From positions 13,392,001 to 13,456,000 of the forward strand of contig NC_091480.1 of NCBI RefSeq assembly GCF_036971445.1: DNA of 64,000 bases. Reading direction: 5' to 3'. The notes beneath the pieces were generated by a model. The model was not told the origin of the DNA and did not search any database. It saw nothing but the letters and a program-made list of their open reading frames with translations. Below are positions 10,885 through 22,416 of this stretch, in pieces (the first letter of the stretch is position 1; each line of letters begins with the position of its first letter). The translations under genes and the position numbers were made by a program. The DNA is from Narcine bancroftii (Eukaryota).

Positions 10885-13800
10885 CTACAGTTAAGAGTTC
10901 AGGTTTTAAAGTAGCATACGCAATTATATGGTATAGGGCAGCCATTCACAACAAGGGCCCTGCCACCCCCTTGGGGGCCACAGCACATTTAAGTAAAAGC
11001 CTTGTTTTCTTTTCACCTCATGTAACTGTGACGTGGTGCTGCAGCAGTAAGCAGACACAAAACTCAAGAAAGACTATTCGGTTAAAGTCTCTGCTACAGG
11101 GGTAGCTGTACTGGTGGCTCCCAAGTGACTGGCTCGGGAGGGGCCGGCTCAGGATTATATCCCAGGCGGTTAATTGACAGCCGGGTGGGTGGAGTTAGGT
11201 CTATTCAGGTCGGCTGATTGACAGCCAGCCAAGTGTGATCTGTCCTCCTGTGATCTTCCTGCAGGTGCAGAGATCGCCCCCTGCAGTATGCTAGTGGTGT
11301 ATCAACACAGTAACATAAATTTTCTTTAGGGAAAAACATGAAAGTGAGCAGACGCTGTGATTGAAATAAAAACGCAATGCTGGAAAAACTCAGCAGATCG
11401 AACAGTGTACGTTATATAGCAAATATAAGGATACATAGCCAACATTTCGGTCTTGAGTCTTCATCAAGTGCAGATTCACAAGTGAAGTGTTGCTTCATTT
11501 GGAAGGATGATTTGAGGCCCCGAATGGTGGGGGGGGGGGGAAGTTGGGGGCCCTAGTGTGGGACTTCCTGCAGTCACAGGGGAAGGTACCGGGAGTAGGT
11601 AGTGATGAGTAGAACAGGGAGTCGCAGAGGGAGCAAAATGGAGAAGAGGAAGGAAGCTGGTGGAAGGATAAGGTCATTGGTGACGGAAATTGTGGAGGAT
11701 AAAATGTTGGATGTGGAGGTTGGTGGATGGTCGATGAGGTCAGGGGGAATCTTGTTTTTGTTGCGTCTTGGGGCAGAGGGAGCCAGGGAAGATGTGCGGG
11801 GAGTGGAAGAGATGCGGGTAAGGGCTGAGTTAATGGTGGGAGAGGGGAAGCCATGTTTTTTTTTAAAAAGGGCATTTCGGATGTCCGAGACTGGAAGTCC
11901 TCATTTTGGGAGTCGGTATGATGGAGATGGAGGAATGAAGAGGAAGGAATAGGATTCTTACAGTGTGTGAAGAAGTGTAGTCGCGATAGTTGTGGGAGTA
12001 AATATTTTTTATGTAGTTGGTAGGTGAGAAGCAAGTAAGAAACCAAAATTTGACTGCTTCACAGGGAAGGGGGCCCATAAACTTTGAGCAAGGTCATGGG
12101 GGGGGGCATAGTTGAAAAAGGGTTGAGAGTGGTTGATATATAGGGGTCAAATAATATAATAAAAACAAATAATCTGGTCACATTCAACGCCAGAGAGAGA
12201 GAGACAGGAATCATTTTGTTACACTGTAGTTTTGCTGGTTTTTGGTCTTATGAGTCAAGCAAAAGAATGCAAGGAGGAAAAGAACCGCAGAGTAATTAAT
12301 CTTCCTCACTTTATGGCAGCAAATAGCGAATTATTTACAATTCTGTAGTCAGGAAGAGTGACTGCCAAAGCTGTTTTTTAAAAATTTGCAACAAATGAGA
12401 ACAAGGGGGAGGGGGTTTAATTAAGATTAATAAAATTACAGAAAACTTACTTAGGGTAAACAAAAAGGATCTAGATCCCTTTGCTAAATAATAGGTATGT
12501 CGGGGGACCGGGGTGGGGGGCGGGGGGGTGGTGGTAACTGAGAACTTTGTTTCAAGTTCTTGTCCTTAACCAAGCAATGGTTAAGGACAAGAACTCACTC
12601 AAAGAGTGAAGGGTGATGAATGCAGAAACCTTTGACAGATCCAACAAGTACTGTAAGAGCTGTAACACTGGACAACAATTTTTTTCAAAAGGTTTGTTTC
12701 CTGGGGAAAAAAAAAGACGATTCTGCTTGACAACTTCAAGCTGAACACAAAGATAATTTCAGATTTGCCTTATCATGTAGGAATTTGGAGAAACATTAAC
12801 TTTGACTGAATTTAGCATCTGATCAGTGTCCAACACTGATGGATTTTAGTTGCCCTCATACTGCTTTTCCATGGTCGCAATGTCCTGGTGAAACATTTCA
12901 CCATGTTCGTCACTGACTGCACTGAGATCAGCAGGGAAGACGTCCAAATGCGAATGCAGAAAATGAATTTCCAATGACATGTGGCACTTCGTGATTTGGT
13001 ATGCTTGAAGTAGACTTAAAATATGACAGGAAATCACAAAATAGTTTATATCTAAAAAATGATCTGTGATAGGAAAACTTTAAGGCAATTTTCATGATCA
13101 CCAGCCCAAATCTATAAAATATACCCAAAAGTGTTCAGGAAATGGAATATTTGTTGTCTACAAATCTACAAAGCTGTGGATCAAGAGTTTGGATGAAAGA
13201 TCACAAATGGCCTCCTTCTGTGGCTTAGAATGTTATGCTTCTATGAATGATATTGTTAATTATGCTCCCCCCTTCCACAACCTACTCAATGTATAAACGA
13301 AAACAAAATCAGTTACCTTTTTAATTCTAACGCCCTGCTGTCCCAGCTTGTCCTGGTCTATGTAGATAAGCAGCTTGTTTTGCAGAAGTGCCTTGGCATC
13401 ATCGGAGATCGTACGAAGGTCATTCGACATAAAAAAAGGTGCTGCCAATATTGCCCAGATTGCCAGTTGTGCTTTCGATTGGTCCTGATTCAGGCCAAAG
13501 TTACCCACCATTAACTGTAAGTAATAGAGGCAGCAAAGGTTAATTTTTTTAATGTTAGCTCTAAATCATAATTATTGAATTCACGTGAAAAATTATTTCC
13601 TTATATGGCAAACCCACCATCCACGGAACTAACCTATTCAATATTCATCGCACCCTCAATAACAAATACTTCCTTTTTTAGGTAAGGAGGCCAAATTTTA
13701 CACAATATTCCAGGTGTGAATTCCGCAATACAATTGCACTGCAATTTCATTACACCTGCATTTAATCCTCTCATAGTGAATGCAAACATTTGCCGTACTT

Positions 13801-16800
13801 GCACGTTGACCTTCAGAGACCTGTGTACAAACGCACTGTGTCCCTTTGTACATCAGCGCCTCACAATCTCTCATCATGTACCAAATTCTCTGTCCATCAC
13901 CGAATTAATTCTACATAGTAGTTTGCATTAATAATAACTTGATTTTAACCAGGTGGTTTTGAATCTGTTTTGACAGGAGAGTTAAGAAGGTTTATGGGAT
14001 GCTGGGCTTCATTCATTGGGGGACTGAGTTCAAGAGTTGAGAGGTCGTGCTGCAATTCTACAAATCCCTGGTGAGACCACACTTAGAGTATTATGTTAAT
14101 TTCTGGTCACCTCATTAGAGGAAGGACGAGGAAACGATGGGAGAGGGTGCAGAGGATATTTACCACGTTGTTGCCTGGATTGGAAAAGGAGTCTTATGAG
14201 GCAAGGTTAGCAGAGCTGTGACTTTTCCCCCTGGAGCGAAGAAGAATTAGAGTCAACTTAATAGAAGTCTAAGGATTCTGAGAGGTAAGACATAAGGTGG
14301 ACAGCCAATGCCTTTTTCCCAGGCCAGGAGGAGCAAACACCAGAGGACACATGTTCAAATTAAAGGGAGAAAAGTTTAGGGAAGATATCAGCGGTAACTT
14401 TTTTTTTTAAACACAGAGAGTTGCCTTACCAGGGGTGGTGGTGGAGACTGAAACATTAGGGGTATTTAAAAGACTCTTAGATGAAAGAAAGATAGAGGGT
14501 TACAGGGTAAGGAAGGTTTTTTTTGGCAGGAAAATATAGGTTGACACAACATCAAGAACCCCAGGACCTGTACTGTGCTGAAATGTTCAATGTTCTATGT
14601 TTCTAAGTCTCTCTCTTATTCATGTTGTCTCTGTGTGCTTAAGTGTCAGTTGGGACCATACCCCTACAAGTCACAGTTACTATATTGTTGCAAACTATGC
14701 ACGTATGCTGTACCATATCTGGATCATTCCATCTTCCCGGACCTGCAGCTGGTTGCAAATCTTCTTGGTGATCTCCAAACCAATTTATAATTGCTATCAC
14801 TTTATTCCATGAGTCATTGATATCATCATAATTCCTCCACAGATTGCAGAGTTGACTAACTAGAGTATAATTCACCTGAAGGAAGGTCAGAGACAAAAAA
14901 AAATGCTTTATACAATAATGGGTAGTTAGCTGCAACAGGACGTGGAGACTTGACTTTAGTAAAACAAATATAAAATGCATTGGATCAAAAGAGAAAGAGA
15001 GAGGTAGTGTAATTTAGAGCAAGAAATCCAGAGCTTAAGGCCAACACAAGTTGAGACATGAATGTAATTGTGGATTGAGAAATGTTGGGCATGTGCAAGA
15101 AGCTGAAATGGAAGAGGATTGTAGAAAGGGTCTGAGAAGTCTGGAGTCATGGAGGATCCTTGAAACAAGAGGGGGAAGTTCAAAGCATTGCCAGACCAAC
15201 AGCTGGCAGGGTTGGTAGGTGAATGGGACTGGGTGCAAGTGAAGACACAAGCTGTCAATGAACTCAGGTGGGAGGTATCACGGTGCATGTTGCTTCTGGA
15301 ATTGGGATCATTAAGTACAACACAACCACCTTTTTACTGAAGGTCTGCAAGGACCACTCCCTCTGTGACTCCCTCATTCGCTCATCGCCCCCTTTCCACC
15401 TTCCCCTGCAACCACAGGAAGTGCCACACCTACATCCACACCTCCTCCCTCCCTACCATTCCGGACCCCAATCAGTTCTTTCAAGTGAAGCCACACTTCA
15501 CTGTGTATTTGCAGGAGTTACTTACTGTATCCGGTGCTTCCCACTGTCGCCTTCTCTACATCAGAAAGACCAGATGAAGACTGGGAGATCGCTTCATTGC
15601 GTACCTTCGCTCTGTCCGCATCAGTGACAGGGATCTCCCAGTGGCCAACCACTTTAATTCTGTGCCCAACTCCCATGCTGACATGTCTGTCATGTCCTCA
15701 TGTACTGTCCCACCAAGACCACCAGTAAATTGAGCACTTAATTTTCCATCTGGGCACTCTCCAACTGGATAGCATTAACATAGACCTCTACAGTTTCTGC
15801 TACCCTATTCTTTGCTCTTCATCCCTTCCCTTTCCCTTTGTCTTCTTTCCTCCAGAGCTCCATCCCCTTTCCTCTCTATAAACAGAGACACCCCCCCCCC
15901 CTCCTCCTGCTTGCTAGTGTTCCCTCCCTCCTTTATCCACTAACCCCCTCCTGCCTTTGGGAGTCTGCTATTTCCTCTGCCCTCCCCCACCATTTGTTTG
16001 GGCGCCTGTCGATAGTTTGCTCATACCTTGATGAAGGGCTCAAACCTGCTGAGATTCTCCAGCACTGTGTTTTATTTCTGCAGTGTCCGCAGACGTTCAT
16101 GTTTTACCCCTTTTACAGAAGATAACTGACCAGCAATTTCCCCCCAAGTCTGTAGAATTGAAGTTCCACATGCTACCATCTCTTTCTCACTATACTCTCA
16201 TTCAGTCCAGTCATTTCAATGGAATGAATACAAATATACAATGTGATATGGTTATTGTACAACAGCACCACCAATTGGGGATGAAGTTCAAGGCAACCAA
16301 TGAAGGGCCCCACAGCAATTGATTGAGCGAATCTAAAACTAGCACAAAGTAGCCAAGAGGATAAGATGCCTGAAAGATCAGAGTTATGGAGGCCTTAAAT
16401 AATGTTGAAAAGCTCAAATATTGACGTTTGACTGCTATCTCTTTGGACCCCAGCCTTTCATAATATATACTCCATACTGGGTCCATGGGTAAGCCTTTAC
16501 AGTAGTAAAGCACAGTATGAACCAGCTAGTGGTTGGTTATAAAACTAATCCCGGAAAACCGGAACTCTGAGTATATGTGCTTGTTGGTAGTCCTGGAAAA
16601 CGGGGACACCGGAGTACATAGACTGGTTGGTAGTCCCGGAAAATCAAGACATAGAGTCCAAAGTGCTAAAAGTTTCTCATCTTGACTTCACACCATCAAA
16701 TAGTGAATCAAGGTCACCTGCTTGAACATCATAACAATCGCGCTTATCTATTCATTTGCAAATGCTTTTCAAATATGCGAAAGTGTTGGACTGTCAAGGG

Positions 16801-19800
16801 TGGCGGCAATTTTTTTTTAAGTTTGTAATTATTCTAAAAAAACATTTCTGGCATAAATCTGCTGGCAAGATGAGCATGGAGGCTACTTAATCAACTCTGA
16901 GTCAAATTGATGCAATGTCACACTTACTTGGTAAAAAACGCATCAGAGTCGTACGGTTACAGGGTTAAGAGAAGGAAATTTGCTTTTTATATCTAATCCA
17001 GATACTTCTTTACCATTCATACTATCGTTTTTTATATTTTATTTAAAATCAACACATATATGACAATTTTTACAATAAAATAATGTCACATTGAAATAGA
17101 ACTTACAAATAGATGCTGATTTATATATATATATTTATATGTATATAAAAAAGAAATTTAAAAAATTTAAAAAACCCATATAAACCCCAATAATCTCTAC
17201 CCCCCCCCCAACCCCAACCCTTGCTACTCCTACTAAAAAACTAATATCTAAAATATATAACATAGTTATACATTGAATTGGATTGCTTCAAAAGATGCTC
17301 AGAGATCCCCCCAAAAAAAACATTATTGATTTTCAGGGAAGACTTCACTGGTGGTTTGCCATTTCCTAACTTTAGATTTTATTGCTCGGCGGTCAATATA
17401 CGTAACTTGATTTTTTAAAATTACAATTTGATATACCAAATTGACCACCCCACTGGGGTAGAAATGGAACTAAACTTTACAAGAATATTTCCATGTTGGC
17501 AATTCTTGGGGCTTCTTTATCCTCTTCCTTAGACAAACGAACTGACAACCCGGTTGCTAAACACAGTTTGAGAATATCGGCAAAATTTAGAACGTTTTTT
17601 GGATTTCAGAGCTTTTCTCTTGCTCACCCTATTACGTCCAGTCACCTCTTTCAACCATCTTTGCAAGACTCTGCCTTCAAGGATTGGCACAGTCTGGGTA
17701 TTAAATGTTTTAAAGTCATTTTTACTGACAACAATTTTGCATCTTTTGAACAATTTGTTGTAAAATTTAACGTATTGAAAACTAATTTTTTATTTTTTTA
17801 AAAGATATTTACAATCTCAGATTCCTGATTTTCCTGGGAATCCAGAGGCAAATATTCTTGATACATATTTTGAACTACAACCTCCTTATAAAGGCTTAAT
17901 ATTGGCTGATTTAAGACAGACGGTTAATTAAAATTAAGAACACCTGGGAGCAGGACTTGAAGTTTACGCTGTCCAATGAGGTTTGGAGCTCCATTTTTCA
18001 ACTGATTAATACTACATCCCTTTGTGCATGGCACAGTCTGGTGCAATTTAAAGTGGTTCATAGAGCACATATGTCTAAATTAAAATTGTCTCAGGGTGAT
18101 GCTTCTTTAATTCATATGTTTTGGACCTGACTAACTTAGGAAAATTTTGGAAGGATGTTTTTCAAACATTATCAGAGATTTTAAATTTAAAATTGGAACC
18201 AAGCAATTCAATTGCTCTTTTTTGGAACATTTCGAGAAGATGATATGTTACTTCAATTCAATGCTGTGTTTTATCTTTTATCTCATTGATAGCCAGATGT
18301 GAAATTTGATTAAATGGAAAAATAATACTCCACCTACACACGCACAATGAATATTATATCTTGTTTAAATTTGGGAAAAAAAATTAGATATGAGGGTTAA
18401 TAACTCAAATATTAAATTTCAAATGATACGCACCTTGTAGTTGGATGACTACCATAATCTTAAGATTTAGTGTTAAACTGGAATCTTGGCGTTGTGCTGT
18501 CCCTCTCTAAGTCTGCGCCACCTGGATTTATTAATGATAATCTTCAACCTTGCTTTGGAGAAGGGGGTTTTGAAATTTAATTATCTTTTTTTGTTTCTTC
18601 ATTGTTATGTTCTATTTTAGTACCTTGAATGTGCTTTGGAACTTATAACTTTTTTCTGATCTTGTAGCACACTTCATAACTGTATTGTTCAATTTTTTTT
18701 TTAATTGTAAAATATCAATAAAAATATTTTTTGGAAATAAAACACTCCTTCCTCCTACCTTTGGCAGTAAACCATCTTCATAAGCAGGCCAGCTACAAGA
18801 ATACACAATTGGCCTTCCTGTGGCATTGAGAGCATAGCTCATCTTTGGATAACCTGAGGAACAGAACACAGGTTTCAACTCATTGCCAATCATTTGCAAT
18901 TTTATCACTACTTTTTTCAATCTGTGACAGACTTCTGAAGGAAAATAATTTAAATGTTTTTGATAATATGACAAACTGAAGCATATAATTGTGGTGTGGA
19001 TTGTGGAGGGCCACGTGACCTCTCTGACTGGAACCTGGTCGGATTGTGGACTGCGGAGATACATCTGACATTTCCGACAAGCCTGAGATCGGAAGTGACT
19101 TCACCTGCCAATCAAGGGTTTGATCTGCAACAGGTGAGGTTGACAGGCAATTGGTTCGATCAGGTCACATAAACCTGATTGAAAAGGCAACACAATCCTG
19201 CTTGTTCTCTTTTGTTGCTACCTCAAGACCATTACTGAAGTCCAGACTTCAGGCCATGGGCTGCACTGGAGGGCCAATTGCAATGGGCCTGTCCAGGATC
19301 CTGAGCTGAGGGCAATACTAGAAACTACGTTCGTTTGATATACTTGTTAGTTGTAATTAATTTACTGTTCATAAGTGTGCTGTGCCTGTGGGTGGATGGG
19401 TAATTTGTGTTTAACCCTTGAATTCCCATTTGAGAGTTGAGAATGTTAAGAAATGATTTATTTGCACCCCATATGCAGTTATTTGTGTATTGTTGCTGTG
19501 TATGTACCAAGTAAGTATGTATGAGTGTGTGCTTTATGCATAAATAAAGACCACTGTTTGTTAATAACACATGTCCGTCCAGCCACGATTCTCTTTGAAC
19601 CCGTCAAACCTATTCAGAACACAACAACAATTATTCAAAAACAAGGATGTTAGTGTGCAACTAATTCAAGTTTTTGACAGTGAGGATTATTCATTGTCCT
19701 TGTAAATTTGAACTCAATTATCTTTTTAACGTGTGCCTCCTGTTTATTTAGGGAGCCATTATGTTAGCACTTCAAAATCTTAGAGAGGTACCTATTGATC

Positions 19801-22416
19801 TTTCAGTAGAGTTGGAATTACAACCATCGAGCTTCAGCATGTCTACTTCCCATTCTGCAAATGTCCTGGCATCAAGGTCAACTGTCTCTAGTAAGGTACC
19901 GAGATACCCACCACAGGTTGAGTGGCCCAAGTCTCCATAAATCCCTAGCTTCAATCCTTTGAAATGAACCTAGCATACATAAAGATCAAGAAATAAATAT
20001 AGTTTCAACATGAATAATTATCTTACTTTGTGGAGATATTTTTCTCTACTTAAAGTCTGAAGAAGAATGCATATTTTATTTGCCCCTTCAGGAAACAATC
20101 TGTCTCATTGAAGATAATCAACACAATCCATTGTTATCATGGTAAACAAAAGGTTTCTTAATTTCTTAAGTTGCTCCTTACGTTTAGAGTTTTAACTTAC
20201 TTTAGCGTTTATATACTTTAATTTAACTTATTTTAACATTAACTTTTAGTGTTTTAACTTACTTTTGGTGTTTTAAACAAGTGGTATCTTAACTTTTCAA
20301 GTGGCTCCTTGCTTTTTAAAAATTGTACACAATAATTGGAACCAGACATTTGTTTTCAATGAGTCCTGGTACAAAATGTCTCCTGGGGCGAGTGGAGGAG
20401 TCTCATTACCAAGGGCCAGTGGCACTAAAGTCCAAAATACTGAGCAGAATGCAAAGGTGAAGTAAGAACAATTAAAACTGACTGAACTAAAACAAGATCA
20501 CACCTGATCACTTAAAGGTGCATCTGAAATTTTATTTTCCAAATACATTTATCCAAAATTATGAAAGCTTACTAATTAAAATTATCTTTAATAACTGTGC
20601 AAAGGGTTTCTTTTTACTATATGGGTATTAGAATCTATTCTACTTTAAATTCTATTTGCAAGCTCATATATTGAAATATTATTTATAAGAAACAAAATAT
20701 TCGAGGATGAACAAAAACAAAAATGATTTAGCTAAAGTGAAAGTCAGATGAGTTTTATAGCAGGTCATTAAGAGTATTGATAAACTCGCCCGATTCTCTA
20801 AATGATTCAGGTACAGTGGGAGTTCCCATAGATTGAAATTTTCTCTGCTTTTGCAGGAGAAATCCTAAAATCCAGGCTGCTCGGGGATTGGGCTGGATAG
20901 GATTTTCAAGCATGTAATGCTTGGAAATTATGTCTAAAAATGAACATTGTCAAAGAAAAATGCAGGATACAAATTAATTTCTTTGTGATATATTTACCTG
21001 TATAAAGCGTGGTCACTTGTTGCCACTGAGCACCTGTGGTGCTTAGACACACACACAAAAGCCCACTAAAATTTAAAGGTTTCAGAGTTTTCAAAATGTG
21101 CGGATTCTCAGATGGTCCAGATTTCTGGCATCCGGATTTTTGGACTTCTACTGTATTTTACATCATTCATAAACAAGGCAAGAATAGATGTAATCATTTT
21201 CTAGCTATTTGTCAGGTCATTTCCATCCTGATATTTGGAAGATAATTATAATTCTTCATGCAAAGGACACCAGCCCATTAAAGGAGAAGAGAAGGGTAGA
21301 AGAGAAGGTTACTCACATACTCAGCCAGTCCTTTAATCCCACTTGGGAATCGGTCTGGATCTGGCTGAAGTTTTCCATTGATATCTCTCACCATCGCTGA
21401 CCAACAATCGTCAATGTTTACATATTGATACCCCAGATCTTTCCAGCCATCTTCCACCAGCTTGTCCGCCATTGCCCTAAACAACCTTTCACTGACAGAG
21501 AGGAAAATCCAAGAGGATCTGATTTATTTTAGTTATTAAAATTATTTTAGAATGATGCATGTGTTGTTGGCAAGGTCTCACTAGAACACTACACTATAGC
21601 TTAGAAACAGCCCCTTTGGCCCATCTAGTCCATGCCAAACTATTATTCTGCTCCGACCCAGAGTAAATTTCCCATCTCTAAATGTCCCTGAGGAGAACCA
21701 CTTCCACGAATCACTCTGGGAGATTAATGGGGTTAATGGGTGAGCCATTGATGGTCAGTCTCTCATACACCTGAAGCTCTTGTCCTCTTTGATGGTAGAT
21801 GTTGTGGGTTTGGGAACCAATGCCAGGGTAGACAAGAGAAGTGACTGTGGCTTTTGTGCAGGACTGGTGGAAGCAATGAAGTAGATTGTTTGTCTCAAGC
21901 TTTTTGACTTGCCACTCCCAAACAGAAAAAAGGAGTGAGCCAACAAAAAATAAACGTAACAGGAGAAACAGAAAATAAATCCTTGAGCTGCTTCTTGGGG
22001 CAGAGACTGGTCTTCAACCTGAAGCGTTAACTCTTTTTCCTCATCCTATAAATGTAGCCTGACTTGCTGAGTGATTCCAGCGTTGTAAATGAATGAGCTG
22101 GAAAGACAGTGACAATTTATGCTTTCTTGCTTGATGTTTGTGGATTTTATTGACAGGGGCTTGAGGCTCACAACTCATATTTGCATAAATCATTTGCTTG
22201 GTTTGAAACACATTCAGAATCCCGTCTGGATACTGCTTGAAGAGCCTACCTGATACAGTTGTCAGGGTATAATTTGCAATCCGTTGTGCATTTGAAACGT
22301 TCCCAGGCTATCCAGCCCATTGGAGGAGTTCTTGCCAAACCATTATCCAGAGGCTCACATAGCCCAACTAGTGTCAGGTACAAGGATATGAAAAGGACAA
22401 GAGTTCCACAATGCAT
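10624..22416 (-). CDS. GH27 alpha-N-acetylgalactosaminidase-like lysosomal glycosidase, 7 coding exons, 411 aa (probably a NAGA paralog rather than the ortholog)
   Basis: Exons 22416-22250, 21491-21317, 19969-19792, 18853-18759, 14875-14714, 13514-13317 and 10884-10624 all have GT-AG boundaries and join in frame (1236 nt). Signal peptide, [25 protein letters not shown] (nucleophile Asp), CSWPAY, WRNYDD (acid/base Asp), [11 protein letters not shown]. Confidence 0.93.
11027..11309. mobile_element. Solo LTR (283 bp)
   Basis: TGTG...CACA termini, exact 5-bp TSD GTAAC (11022-11026 and 11310-11314). Confidence 0.8.
11335..11990 (-). mobile_element. Penelope-like element fragment
   Basis: [13 protein letters not shown] Cys-linker remnant upstream of GIY-YIG, plus terminal repeat with TTGATGAAG...CCGAAATGTTGG. 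Confidence 0.7.
12666..13158 (-). mobile_element. Non-autonomous Chapaev3-like DNA transposon
   Basis: TAA-CACTGGACAACAA TIR; transposase C-terminal remnant [44 protein letters not shown]. Confidence 0.7.
13317..13514 (-). CDS. NAGA-like coding exon 6
   Basis: 198 nt; [66 protein letters not shown]. Confidence 0.95.
13975..14605 (+). mobile_element. CR1 LINE 3' fragment (degenerate)
   Basis: [12 protein letters not shown]...FWSPH remnant, TRGH motif, TTCTATG tail. Confidence 0.75.
14714..14875 (-). CDS. NAGA-like coding exon 5
   Basis: 162 nt; [54 protein letters not shown]. Confidence 0.95.
15340..16105 (+). mobile_element. Penelope-like element 3' part (GIY-YIG endonuclease remnant plus terminal repeat)
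   Basis: [21 protein letters not shown]...CRLLYIRKT...RLGDRF...[10 protein letters not shown]; ends CATACCTTGATGAAGGGCTCAA. Confidence 0.8.
17330..18740 (+). mobile_element. L1/Tx1-type LINE ORF2 3' part (degenerate)
   Basis: [23 protein letters not shown] and ASLIHMFWT remnants; AATAAA/A-rich tail ending ~20 bp from a NAGA-like splice donor. Confidence 0.75.
18759..18853 (-). CDS. NAGA-like coding exon 4
   Basis: 95 nt; (G)[31 protein letters not shown]. Confidence 0.95.
18990..19626 (+). mobile_element. Solo LTR (637 bp)
   Basis: TGTGGTGT...ACACAACA inverted termini, TSD ATAAT/ACAAT, AATAAA near the 3' end. Confidence 0.75.
19792..19969 (-). CDS. NAGA-like coding exon 3
   Basis: 178 nt; [59 protein letters not shown](G). 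Confidence 0.95.
21317..21491 (-). CDS. NAGA-like coding exon 2
   Basis: 175 nt; (S)[58 protein letters not shown]; donor GTGAGT. Confidence 0.95.
22250..22416 (-). CDS. NAGA-like coding exon 1 (exon starts at 22427)
   Basis: [55 protein letters not shown]; donor AG|GTAGGC; acceptor T-run CCCCAG| 11 nt upstream of the ATG. Confidence 0.92.

Larger units (their letters stand above)
10939..12135. mobile_element. hAT-like MITE carrying a nested solo LTR and a Penelope fragment
   Basis: Termini CAGCCATTCACAAC...GTTGAGAGTGGTTG. Confidence 0.55.

Noticed and set aside
16530-16660. Three degenerate ~43-bp repeats (GTTGGTAGTCCCGGAAAA)
   Set aside because: Likely subterminal repeats of a decayed DNA transposon; too degenerate to support more.
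10624-22416. Calling the gene GLA or NAGA outright
   Set aside because: The active-site loop is NAGA-type, while exon structure, C-terminus and neighbours do not fit NAGA; symbol withheld pending phylogeny.
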